DNA of 12,676 bases from Leidyana gryllorum EB-2025a. Its lineage: Eukaryota; Protista; Apicomplexa. Where the stretch lies: contig JBLWGC010000022.1 in NCBI GenBank assembly GCA_048772705.1, positions 1 to 12,676 of the forward strand, written 5' to 3'. The position numbers were made by a program, and so were the translations under genes. This document shows positions 1-6,980 of the stretch, in pieces (the stretch's first letter is position 1; each line of letters starts with the position of its first letter). The notes beneath the pieces were generated by a model. It saw only the letters and a list, made by a program, of their open reading frames with translations, made no database searches and had not been told where the DNA came from.

Positions 1-195
1 TGACTCGGACTGGTCGCGCTGCCCGAACCCGCGGTCTCTCCATTGAAAGTCTTGCTCTTTACCGACGGAGCTGGCGCGGCAAGGAAGTGCGGACTTGGTA
101 ACAAATTCCATTCGTATTGATCGTTGAATCTTGGGCCTTCCTCGGGTACAGGGCGAAGCTGTATCAGAGATGCACTCACTTGGTCACGCCCGGGC
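1..195 (+). repeat. Diverged direct repeat, partner at 12392-12585
   Basis: tgactcggac...ggtctctccattgaaagtcttg...cactcacttggtcacgcccggg at both ends of the window. Confidence 0.85.
11..80 (-). pseudogene. Degenerate tRNA-Lys-like pseudogene (apparent loop CT-TTC-AA)
   Basis: GCCGCGCCAGCTCCGTCGGTAAAGAGCAAGACTTTCAAT resembles the 5' half of the Lys copy at 4458-4529; 3' half does not pair; second copy at 12402-12468. Confidence 0.55.
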
Positions 196-254
196 TCCAA
201 CCGCGGACTCAGAACTTATTAGGCTCACGCTCTGGCCGCCTCTAATACGCGACC
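181..254 (-). pseudogene. tRNA-Ile(AAT) pseudogene
   Basis: GGTCGCG/CGTGACC-A acceptor stem, loop CT-AAT-AA; D-stem, anticodon stem and T-loop damaged. Confidence 0.7.
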
Positions 255-411
255 GCTTCAGAGTTGAGGTGAACAGTCACTAGCCAAAGGAGCCGACTGA
301 TGTGTTCAGCAAAGCCTTATGATTGGTACTGAACCGGCCACTCCGACCTTCCTCCACCGAGAAGGGGCACGTAAGAATGGTACCGTTGCCTACAACCACA
401 CTCTGCTGGAT

Positions 412-484
412 TTCCACTGCCGGGACTTGAACCCGGATCGTGCGGGTGAAAGCCGCATATCCTAGCCACTTAGACTACAGTGGA
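412..484 (-). tRNA. tRNA-Glu-TTC: tRNA-Glu(TTC), intact
   Basis: TCCACTG/CAGTGGA-A acceptor, TGCGG-CT-TTC-AC-CCGCA, GGTTCAAGTCC T-arm. Confidence 0.95.
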
Positions 485-776
485 CGAGTGGTTGAGTTGG
501 GGCTTCGGCCGAGAGCCGTACCGTCTTGGAAAATATGGAATGTCGGCGTGAAAAAGTGAGTGGATGTCTGATACAGATTCGGACTTAGTAACCAATTCCA
601 TTTGTATTGATCGTGGAATCTTGGGCCTTCCCCAGCTACAGGGCGAGCTTCCTTGCCGCCCCAACCCCGTCGGTGGCGCGCAAGACGTTTGATGGGAAAA
701 CCGCGGGTTCGTGCCGGCGCGAGCAGTGCTGAACCGTATGTGAAGCCACTGGCTGCTAAATGCCAAGTTCAACAGC

Positions 777-858
777 GGCAACTTGCCCGAGTGCTTAAGG
801 GGGTAGACTAGAAATCTACTGGGCCTGGCCCGCGCTGGTTCAAATCCAGCAGTTGTCG
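777..858 (+). tRNA. tRNA-Ser-AGA: tRNA-Ser(AGA), D-loop GG->GC variant
   Basis: 82 nt with long variable arm, GTAGA-CT-AGA-AA-TCTAC; one change versus 2785-2866. Confidence 0.9.
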
Positions 859-934
859 TGTGATGTGGTTGGGGGGGTAAACACCAACTGACGCATGAAT
901 TTCTGCAATGGTGGAAAAACAACCATGTGTCCTC

Positions 935-1005
935 TGCATCTGCCGGGAATCGAACCCGGGTCGTCTCGATGGCAACGAGACATTCTACCACTAGACCACA
1001 GATGC
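935..1005 (-). tRNA. tRNA-Gly-GCC: tRNA-Gly(GCC), intact
   Basis: GCATCTG/CAGATGC-A, TCTCG-TT-GCC-AT-CGAGA, GGTTCGATTCC. Confidence 0.95.
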
Positions 1006-1163
1006 GTGACACCTCCATTCCTGACCACAAAGTAATGAGTCTGACGGGGATGCTTTTGGGCCTCTGACGCAACGTACCGCGCCTGACTCCAGATCAGAGT
1101 TGGGTTTTCGAATCACTCTGGGCTCAATCAGACTCTTTTGTTTTTCCCGTGTGAGGCTCAACC

Positions 1164-1243
1164 TGAAAAGAGTGGGATTCGGACCCACGCCCTTTCGAAC
1201 TGCGACTTGAAGACAGTGCCTTAGACTCCTCAGCCATCTTATC
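1164..1243 (-). pseudogene. tRNA-Leu(CAA) pseudogene
   Basis: Leu(CAG)-family body with loop TT-CAA-GT; T-loop TCCGAAT, D-loop and acceptor mismatches. Confidence 0.8.
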
Positions 1244-1335
1244 AGCTCGGTTCCTGTCCCGCCACACCAAGCGTTCCCTGTCTGTTGAAGCTAGAGAATG
1301 GAAAGGCTGGGCTCTGAGGTTGGGGGTCACGTGCC

Positions 1336-1385
1336 TCCGACATGGTATCAAAGTTATATTTCCGCCTGCCACGCCAACGATCCGG
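1336..1385 (+). pseudogene. Degenerate 5' fragment of tRNA-Asp
   Basis: TCCGACATGGTAT...TATTTCCGCCTGCCACGC in the usual position after the Leu-Asp spacer. Confidence 0.6.
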
Positions 1386-1413
1386 TGGGCATCGATCCCA
1401 GTACCTCTCGCAT
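1384..1413 (-). pseudogene. 3' fragment of tRNA-Ala
   Basis: ATGCGAGAGGTACTGGGATCGATGCCCA matches the 3' half of Ala at 7142-7214. Confidence 0.65.
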
Positions 1414-1430
1414 AGCATACTCAGCTGGAT

Positions 1431-1503
1431 TTCCACTGCCGGGACTTGAACCCGGATCGTGCGGGTGAGAGCCGCAAATCCTAGCCACTTAGACTACAGT
1501 GGA
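1431..1503 (-). tRNA. tRNA-Glu-CTC: tRNA-Glu(CTC), intact
   Basis: Same body as 412-484 with loop CT-CTC-AC. Confidence 0.93.
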
Positions 1504-1644
1504 CAACTCCCTCACCTGCAGCTTTAGCCGAGAGCCGTACCCTCTTGACAAGACGTGGTCTGGCGAATCTACAACAAAGGGGTTGCAGAATCCCGGGGTA
1601 GAAAGCAGAGGGTCTCTATACTGACCTCTGAAACATTGTCGCTG

Positions 1645-1688
1645 GCTCTTGTAGCTCAGTCGGCAGAGCGTGTGGCTGTTACCCACAA
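1645..1688 (+). pseudogene. 5' half of a tRNA with GTT (Asn) anticodon, truncated
   Basis: GCTCTTGTAGCTCAGTCGGCAGAGCG-TGTGG-CT-GTT-AC-CCACA, no T-arm; paralog of 11763-11835. Confidence 0.75.
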
Positions 1689-1855
1689 ACCACTACTCCA
1701 TGTCAGTATTAGGCTTTGAAATAAATGTTCGGCCGGGTGGACGAGGCCAATCATGGTGCTTTGCTGAGCACCGCCCAATCTGGCGGGTGTGTTGTGGATA
1801 CAGCATCACATGCACCCTTTTGACAGGAGGAGATGCATCGAGAGGAGTTTCACGA

Positions 1856-1928
1856 GGGAGTGTAGCGCAGTCGGTAGCGCGTAGGTCTCATAATCCTGAA
1901 GTCGAGAGTTCGATCCTCTCCACTCCCA
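1856..1928 (+). tRNA. tRNA-Met-CAT: Elongator tRNA-Met(CAT), intact
   Basis: GGGAGTG/CACTCCC-A, loop CT-CAT-AA, T54-containing GTTCGATC. Confidence 0.93.
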
Positions 1929-1972
1929 CGGTCGGAATCGGAACCGCCGACAAACTCATCATGCTATCATTT

Positions 1973-2042
1973 TGCATCCGTCGGGAATCCCACACGGGTT
2001 ATCTCGATGGCAGCGACCGACTCTCCACTAGACCACAGATGC
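1973..2042 (-). pseudogene. tRNA-Gly(GCC) pseudogene
   Basis: GCATCTGTGGTCTAGTGG start, GCC anticodon; T-loop TGGGATT and anticodon stem broken. Confidence 0.8.
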
Positions 2043-2108
2043 AGAACACGATCTTGTGAATCTTGTACGTGGTGACAGCCATTCCTTATAGGCCTATCGA
2101 TGCATCAA

Positions 2109-2180
2109 AGCCTTCTGCCGGAATCGAACCGGCGACTTCTCGCTTACGAAGCGAACGCTCTGCCCCTAAGCTAAGAAGGC
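2109..2180 (-). tRNA. tRNA-Thr-CGT: tRNA-Thr(CGT), intact
   Basis: GCCTTCT/AGAAGGC-T, TTCGC-TT-CGT-AA-GCGAG; identical to 8375-8446. Confidence 0.95.
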
Positions 2181-2302
2181 AGCTTAGATGGAGAATCATG
2201 TGTCAGTTGTATCGACAAAAGTCAACGTGCACAGCGGGCAGTCCCGCGCGCATCGTGCGGGCATGCTGGGATGAAGTCGCAGGTTTTCCTGACTACAACG
2301 GC

Positions 2303-2382
2303 TGACAAGAGTGGGATTCGAACCCACGCCCTCTCGGAATGCGGCAGGAGCACAGCGCCTCAGACCACTGGGCCGTCTTGCC
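2303..2382 (-). pseudogene. tRNA-Leu-body gene with CCT anticodon, probably pseudogene
   Basis: Leu(CAG) acceptor stem and T-arm intact; loop CT-CCT-GC; T8->C and further substitutions. Confidence 0.75.
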
Positions 2383-2476
2383 GGAATGTTTTTGGCTCGC
2401 CGTTCCACGCGTCTCCTGTCCTTGGAATCCTAAAATGGAAGGACTCTTGGGGTTGGAGGCCGGCATGTTCAGAGCG

Positions 2477-2548
2477 TTCGAGATAGTATAGTTGTCAGTA
2501 TTTCCGCCTGTCACGCGGAAGACCCGGGTTCGATTCCCGGTCTCGGAG
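2477..2548 (+). tRNA. tRNA-Asp-GTC: tRNA-Asp(GTC) variant (C2->T, D-loop GG->TG)
   Basis: TCCGC-CT-GTC-AC-GCGGA, intact T-arm. Confidence 0.85.
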
Positions 2549-2605
2549 CACACTTAGATGGTTTCGCTTAAGATTGTCTCCCCTGCTTCTCGCCCAGTTG
2601 CGAGC

Positions 2606-2678
2606 CACAGCCACCGAGGATTGAAGTCAGGAGCTGCTGCGTGTGAAGCAGACGTCGTGACCACTAGAGGATGGCCGC
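2606..2678 (-). pseudogene. tRNA-Val(CAC) pseudogene
   Basis: TCTGC-TT-CAC-AC-GCAG retained; D-stem and T-arm mutated. Confidence 0.8.
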
Positions 2679-2784
2679 ACGGAAGGTCCCGCAGACCTGA
2701 TGGGAGAACCGCGGGTTCGTGCCGGCGGGAGCAGTGCTGAACCGTATGTGAAGCCACTGGCTGCAAAATGCCAAGCGCGACAGC

Positions 2785-2866
2785 GGCAACTTGCCCGAGT
2801 GGTTAAGGGGGTAGACTAGAAATCTACTGGGCCTGGCCCGCGCTGGTTCAAATCCAGCAGTTGTCG
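2785..2866 (+). tRNA. tRNA-Ser-AGA: tRNA-Ser(AGA), intact
   Basis: GGCAACT/AGTTGTC-G, long variable arm, GGTTCAAATCC. Confidence 0.95.
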
Positions 2867-2941
2867 TGTGATGTGGTTGGAGGGGTAAACACCAACTGAC
2901 GCATGAATTTCTGCAATGGTGAAAAACAACCATGTGTCCTC

Positions 2942-3012
2942 TGCATCTGCCGGGAATCGAACCCGGGTCGTCTCGATGGCAACGAGACATTCTACCACTA
3001 GACCACAGATGC
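2942..3012 (-). tRNA. tRNA-Gly-GCC: tRNA-Gly(GCC), intact
   Basis: Identical to 935-1005. Confidence 0.95.
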
Positions 3013-3170
3013 GTGACACCTCCATTCCTGACCACAAAGTAATGAGTCTGAGCGGGGATGCTTTTGGGCCTCTGACACAACGACCGCGCCTGACTCCAGA
3101 TCAGAGTTGGGTTTTCGAATCACTCTGGGCTCAATCAGACTATTTTGTTTTTCCCGTGTGAGGCTCAACC

Positions 3171-3250
3171 TGAAAAGAGTGGGATTCGGACCCACACCCT
3201 TTCGAACTGCGACTTGAAGACAGTGCCTTAGACCACTCGGCCATCTTGCC
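3171..3250 (-). pseudogene. tRNA-Leu(CAA), probable pseudogene
   Basis: Intact 5' end but shares T-loop TCCGAAT, anticodon-stem and acceptor lesions with 1164-1243. Confidence 0.8.
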
Positions 3251-3340
3251 GCACCGTTGTTGGCTCGTCGCTCCACGCTTTTTTGTCCGTGAGCCAAAAT
3301 AGCAAGACTTCTGGGGTTGGAGGCCGGCGTGTTCAGAGCG

Positions 3341-3412
3341 TCCGAGATAGTATAGTGCTTAGTATTTCCGCCTGTCACGCGGAAGACCTGGGTTCGATTC
3401 CCGGTCTCGGAG
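3341..3412 (+). tRNA. tRNA-Asp-GTC: tRNA-Asp(GTC), D-loop GG->GC variant
   Basis: Full cloverleaf, two changes versus 8035-8106. Confidence 0.88.
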
Positions 3413-3467
3413 CACAGTTGGTTTCGCTTGAGATTCTCTCCTTTGGTCCTCGGTGAAAGTTGCGAGC

Positions 3468-3540
3468 TACAGCCACCGAGGATCGAACTCGGGAATTTCT
3501 GCGTGTGAGGCAGACGTCGTAAGCACTAGACCATGGCTGC
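3468..3540 (-). tRNA. tRNA-Val-CAC: tRNA-Val(CAC), D-loop GG->GC variant
   Basis: GCAGCCA/TGGCTGT-A, loop CT-CAC-AC, intact T-arm. Confidence 0.85.
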
Positions 3541-3650
3541 ACGGAGCTTCCGGACTGTGAAAGCGGTGTGTGTCTCTGGAAACAGGTATCTGATGGAGGG
3601 CAGAAGGCTCGCACGGCTGCGAGGGATGACACCAAATGTCACGACCATTC

Positions 3651-3723
3651 TGCATCGCCCGTGGATCAAACACGGGACTTCCAGATCTTCAGTCTGGCGC
3701 TCTCCCAACCGAGCAACCGAGGC
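3651..3723 (-). pseudogene. tRNA-Phe(GAA) pseudogene
   Basis: CCAGA-CT-GAA-GA-TCTGG; T-loop TTTGATC, A14->G and acceptor mismatches versus 6151-6223. Confidence 0.85.
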
Positions 3724-4019
3724 GGTAGGTAATCATGGAAGGCGGTGAAAATAAGGACTTACCGCGGCCGTATGTGGAGCCGATCCTGGCCACATGACGG
3801 AACCGACAGTTGCCAACTTGCCCGGGTGGGGAACTAATGCAGATCAAACACGGGACTTCCAGATCTTCAGTCTGGCGCTCTCCCAACCGAGCAACCGAGG
3901 CGGTAGGTAATCATGGAAGGCGGTGAAAATAAGGACTTACCGCGGCCGTATGTGGAGCCGATCCTGGCCACATGACGGAACCGACAGTTGCCAACTTGCC
4001 CGAGTGGGGAACTAATGCA
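3664..4019. repeat. Tandem duplication, 2 x 178 bp (3664-3841, 3842-4019)
   Basis: One difference seen (cccggg vs cccgag); GATC at 3664, 3842 and 4020. Confidence 0.92.
3842..3901 (-). pseudogene. 3'-truncated copy of the Phe pseudogene
   Basis: Second unit of the tandem duplication, cut just after the T-loop. Confidence 0.85.
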
Positions 4020-4035
4020 GATCCAGCAGTTGTCG
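3990..4035 (+). pseudogene. Internally deleted tRNA-Ser
   Basis: GCCAACTTGCCCGAGTGG + 13-nt filler + ATCCAGCAGTTGTCG, followed by the Ser 3' flank. Confidence 0.8.
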
Positions 4036-4140
4036 TGCGATGTGATTGGAGGGGTTAGACACCAATTTACGCATGAATCGTGTGGTGGAAATGATACTAT
4101 TTTCAGCATCAAAGCCTCATAGTGGATCGAGACCGGGGAA

Positions 4141-4212
4141 GCCTTCTTAGCTCAGGGGCAGAGCATTCGCTTTCTAAGCGAAAGATCGCCGGTTCGATCC
4201 CGGCAGAAGGCT
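4141..4212 (+). tRNA. Intact cloverleaf: tRNA-Thr body with TCT (Arg) anticodon
   Basis: GCCTTCT/AGAAGGC-T, GCTC/GAGC, TTCGC-TT-TCT-AA-GCGAA, GCCGG-TTCGATC-CCGGC. Confidence 0.9.
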
Positions 4213-4329
4213 TTGCTCACGAGCTTAAGGTTTTCTGGCTGGACTCTCAGTCTCAATAACGACCTGAGAGGGTTGCCAAGTTCTCAGGCCTTTTCTGCCC
4301 CCATTCGTCAGTGCAACTGTGGTCACTCG

Positions 4330-4402
4330 TCCACTGTAGTCTCGGTGGCCAGTATATGCGGCGCCAACCCGGACCATCCCGGTTCGAGTCTCGGCAGCGC
4401 AA
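4330..4402 (+). pseudogene. tRNA-Glu pseudogene
   Basis: TCCACTGTAGTCT...ATATGCGG...GGTTCGAGTC; anticodon arm decayed. Confidence 0.75.
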
Positions 4403-4457
4403 ATGCAAGTGGGTGTAGGCAACATACTGCATTCTTACTCCCCGGCCCATTCATCCG

Positions 4458-4529
4458 CACCGCCCACGGGACTTCAATCTGCGACTGCAAGATTAAGAGC
4501 TTGCGCTGCACCGACTGAGCTAGGACGAC
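4458..4529 (-). pseudogene. tRNA-Lys(CTT) pseudogene
   Basis: TAGCTCAGTCGGTGCAGCGCAAG-CT-CTT-AA-TCTTG; T-arm decayed. Confidence 0.75.
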
Positions 4530-4610
4530 AAGGAAAGTCTAGACTTAGTTACACTCTATTTGCCTCAGGGTGGAGCCATGTAAGTCATTGGGCAGTTCCA
4601 CCGCAGTCCT

Positions 4611-4663
4611 CAGTATTTCCGCCCGTCAAGCGGAAGACCTGGGTTCGACTGCCGGTCTTACAG
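4611..4663 (+). pseudogene. Degenerate 3' part of tRNA-Asp
   Basis: AGTATTTCCGCCCGTCAAGCGGAAGACCTGGGTTCGACTGCCGGTCT followed by an Asp-type 3' flank. Confidence 0.75.
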
Positions 4664-4844
4664 CACAGCTCGTTCAGCTTTAGACTTCGTTTGGTGCTCA
4701 CTCAAAAAATGCGGTTCGGGAGCAAACCGCGATGTCCAAGGGTCGCACGACAGGCGTTCGCTCACTTGGTACAGCATCTGACTACGGCGGGTGCGGCAGG
4801 TAGTCGACCGTTCGATTACCCCCTCCCCGACACTTGCCTCCTTA

Positions 4845-4925
4845 TGCAAGAAGTGGGGTTCGAACCCACGCGGAATTAACCAGTGGATCTTAAGGCCACC
4901 CCCTTAACCTCTCGGGCATTCTCGC
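4845..4925 (-). tRNA. tRNA-Leu-TAA: tRNA-Leu(TAA), near intact
   Basis: GCGAGAA/TTCTTGC-A, loop CT-TAA-GA, long variable arm; one anticodon-stem mismatch. Confidence 0.85.
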
Positions 4926-4992
4926 AATGCAGCTTCGAAATAAGTAGTCTGGGGTTCCTGCGGGTAGCCAGTGCCGACCATGTGAGTGGGGT

Positions 4993-5028
4993 CTGAACAC
5001 AGCGCCTTGCCCACGAGGGCATCTTGCC
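4993..5028 (-). pseudogene. 5' fragment of tRNA-Leu(CAG)
   Basis: GGCAAGATGCCC...AAGGCGCTGTGTTCAG. Confidence 0.65.
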
Positions 5029-5050
5029 ACATTCTGGTAGGCGCAAGTCT

Positions 5051-5077
5051 GCATGGGTGCGAATCCCATTCTGTGCA
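5051..5077 (+). pseudogene. 3' T-arm/acceptor remnant of a Leu-type tRNA
   Basis: GCATGGGTGCGAATCCCATTCTGTGCA forms a T-arm-like hairpin. Confidence 0.4.
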
Positions 5078-5133
5078 ACGGTACTCATTCCAGGGCGGAA
5101 TTGGCCATTACATCGTGGATCCCCCTAACATTC

Positions 5134-5207
5134 GGCTGTTCGGTCTAGTGGTATGATCCTTCCTCAGGGGGTGGAAGGAGTCCTGGGTTCGATTCCTAAA
5201 ACAGCCT
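5134..5207 (+). pseudogene. tRNA-Pro(AGG)-derived gene with 9-nt anticodon loop
   Basis: Matches 9969-10040 but loop TCAGGGGGT; T8->C, T-stem mismatches. Confidence 0.82.
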
Positions 5208-5300
5208 TTTTGCTAGCCGCTGACGAGGGTCTAGGAGAGTTGATACACGCATCCCCTGTCTCAAATAGGATGTCTTTCGAACTCCGCCTACCACGTCACT

Positions 5301-5335
5301 CGACAGCTGCTAGATTCGAACCAGTGGGGCCAGGC
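5301..5335 (-). pseudogene. 3' fragment of tRNA-Ser
   Basis: GCCTGGCCCCACTGGTTCGAATCTAGCAGCTGTCG. Confidence 0.6.
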
Positions 5336-5379
5336 GATACTGACGACTCAGGTGTTTAGACAGAGAGGCTGTGGGTTGT

Positions 5380-5452
5380 GCGGTGGTGGCGCAATGGATA
5401 GCGTGTTGCCCTCCGGAGGCAAAGGATGTGGGTTCGAGTCCCGCCCACCGGT
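5380..5452 (+). tRNA. tRNA-Arg-CCG: tRNA-Arg(CCG), 1-72 mismatch
   Basis: TGGCGCAATGGATAGCG D-arm, TTGCC-CT-CCG-GA-GGCAA, GGTTCGAGTCC. Confidence 0.85.
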
Positions 5453-5641
5453 CTCGTGGTCCCGCTCAACCGTGGAATCGAGAAGAGTGGCTGCCATTTG
5501 GAGCCATGCAGACTTGCGCCATCCAAACTCAAGTTTGGCACCGCAGGCCACCGCGATCTGTGCCGCAGTGTTGAGCTTGAGGGCTCGAAGTGCCACTGTT
5601 GAGGAACCGAGGCTGGAAAAGTTCACTTGGGTTTAGCGGAT

Positions 5642-5714
5642 AGGCGGCTATCCCAAGTGCCAGAGAGGTGACTTTGCAGGCCAAATGTGCGGGGGTCGAT
5701 ACCCAGGTGGGGGA
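5642..5714 (+). pseudogene. Strongly degenerate tRNA-Ala(TGC)
   Basis: GGCGGCTA...CTTTGCA...GTGC.GGG.TCGATACCCAGGT colinear with 7142-7214. Confidence 0.55.
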
Positions 5715-5773
5715 GCTCTCGAAGAAAAGACATCTGTGCACCATTTCTATAAGTGTGTCCACCTGCGGGGGCT

Positions 5774-5828
5774 CACCAGTGCGTCGTTTCGATCGACGGA
5801 ACTCTGGGTCATGAGCCCAACACTCTCC
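5774..5828 (-). pseudogene. 5'-truncated initiator tRNA-Met pseudogene
   Basis: AGAGTGTTGGGCTCATGACCCAG...CGTCGATCGAAACGACGCACTG matches 10174-10245. Confidence 0.8.
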
Positions 5829-6150
5829 TCGTGTCTTTCTGAGTGCTACAGCCTCTGTCGATCTTTCGACTGCACTTGTGGTCTGACGGCAAAATGCGAC
5901 CGTGCTGAGGTCGTAACGCGGACTGAGTTCCCGCAGGTGCAGCCGTATGCAAGTCGGACGACCTGTCTATCGATCTCATCTGGCATGTCAATGAGCACTC
6001 TACCCTTTGAGCTAGCGGTCTCCAACTTAGAAGAGCTATTGCATGCCCTCCTTGATGAGTGGACAATTGCCCGTTGAGAATCCGCGGAACGCTGCTGGCA
6101 AACTCGAGTCGCACGGCTGTGAGGGATGACACCAAATGTCACAACCTCTC

Positions 6151-6223
6151 TGCCTCGGCCGTGGATCGAACACGGGACTTCCAGATCTTCAGTCTGGCGC
6201 TCTCCCAACTGAGCTACCGAGGC
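6151..6223 (-). tRNA. tRNA-Phe-GAA: tRNA-Phe(GAA), intact
   Basis: GCCTCGG/CCGAGGC-A, CCAGA-CT-GAA-GA-TCTGG, GTTCGATC. Confidence 0.95.
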
Positions 6224-6338
6224 GGTAGGTAGTCACGGAAGGCGGTGAAGACGAGCACCTATCGCGGCCGTATGTGGGGCCACTGCCCGCTCAAAAGGCG
6301 AGGACTTCTGGGGTTGGAGGCCTGCGTGTTTACTAGCG

Positions 6339-6409
6339 TCCGAGATAGTATAGTGGTCAGTATCACGCCTGTCACGCGGAAGACTCGGGGTCGATTCCCG
6401 GTCTTGGAG
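6339..6409 (+). pseudogene. tRNA-Asp(GTC) pseudogene
   Basis: 1-nt deletion and mismatches in anticodon stem, T54->G. Confidence 0.8.
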
Positions 6410-6510
6410 AAGTTCCAGCCCTCACAACTGCTGCAACTCAGATTTTGCCTCAGCTGGTCTGGACTTCATCCGGGATGGTACGAGTGGGAGCCGCGTATAG
6501 TAGCCGACCT

Positions 6511-6582
6511 TGGAGAGACGTGCCATTGAAGCCAGGACTTCTTCCACCCGAAGAAAGAATCATATAGCTAGACCAAACAGCC
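6511..6582 (-). pseudogene. tRNA-Pro(CGG) pseudogene
   Basis: GGCTGTTTGGTCTAG...TT-CGG-GT-GGAAG; 3' end decayed. Confidence 0.75.
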
Positions 6583-6598
6583 CTCTGTGGGTGCCTTA

Positions 6599-6639
6599 GG
6601 TACTGGCAGGTTCCAAACCTGCGACTTCGTGGCTAAGAG
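6599..6639 (-). pseudogene. 3' fragment of the Lys/Asn-type family of 11763-11835 (apparent CTT)
   Basis: CT-CTT-AG-CCACGAAGTCGCAGGTTTGGAACCTGCCAGTACC. Confidence 0.55.
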
Positions 6640-6702
6640 ACTTACCTCTGTACAATGATGGGAGTTTGCGATAAGCTTGCAGGTGCCCAGTCGATGCATT
6701 CT

Positions 6703-6774
6703 AGCCTTCTGCCGGAATCGAACCGGCGACCTTTCGCTTACTAAGCGAATGCTCTGCCCCTAAGCTAAGAAGGC
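6703..6774 (-). tRNA. tRNA-Thr-AGT: tRNA-Thr(AGT), intact
   Basis: TTCGC-TT-AGT-AA-GCGAA; identical to 10295-10366. Confidence 0.95.
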
Positions 6775-6842
6775 AATCCAAGCCGAAGATCACGAATCAG
6801 TCACTATTGACGGGGATTACTGAGGCACATTGCTCGAGCTGT

Positions 6843-6915
6843 TTCCCTTGCCGGTCCTTGAACCCGGATCGTGCGGGTGAGAGCCGCATATCCTAGCCAC
6901 TCAGACTACAGTGGA
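6843..6915 (-). pseudogene. tRNA-Glu(CTC), damaged 3' end
   Basis: T-arm GTTCAAGGACCGG and acceptor CAAGGGA mismatched. Confidence 0.8.
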
Positions 6916-6980
6916 CAACATTCCACAGCGAAGCAGCTGGAGTCAGCCAAATCATCTAAGTAAAGGGCTGAGCATTTGGT

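Larger units (their letters stand above)
690..1240 (+). repeat. Direct repeat (Ser-Gly-Leu module), partner at 2699-3247
   Basis: Near-identical genes and spacers at an offset of about 2008 bp. Confidence 0.92.
1791..2678. repeat. Met-Gly-Thr-Leu-Asp-Val block, inverted partner at 7907-8763
   Basis: Same gene order and homologous spacers on the opposite strand; shared Gly pseudogene. Confidence 0.9.

Noticed and set aside
11-80. TTTCAA loop read as TCA (Sec or opal suppressor)
   Set aside because: No anticodon stem forms and no Sec-type long arms; it aligns in register with a decayed Lys gene
470-1072. 200-aa ORF and the other ORFs in the track
   Set aside because: They run through tRNA genes, repeat the same tRNA-derived peptides, show no recognisable domain, and duplicated copies are frameshifted relative to each other
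4330-4402. CCA anticodon suggesting tRNA-Trp
   Set aside because: The body is Glu-derived with broken stems and T33->G; random decay
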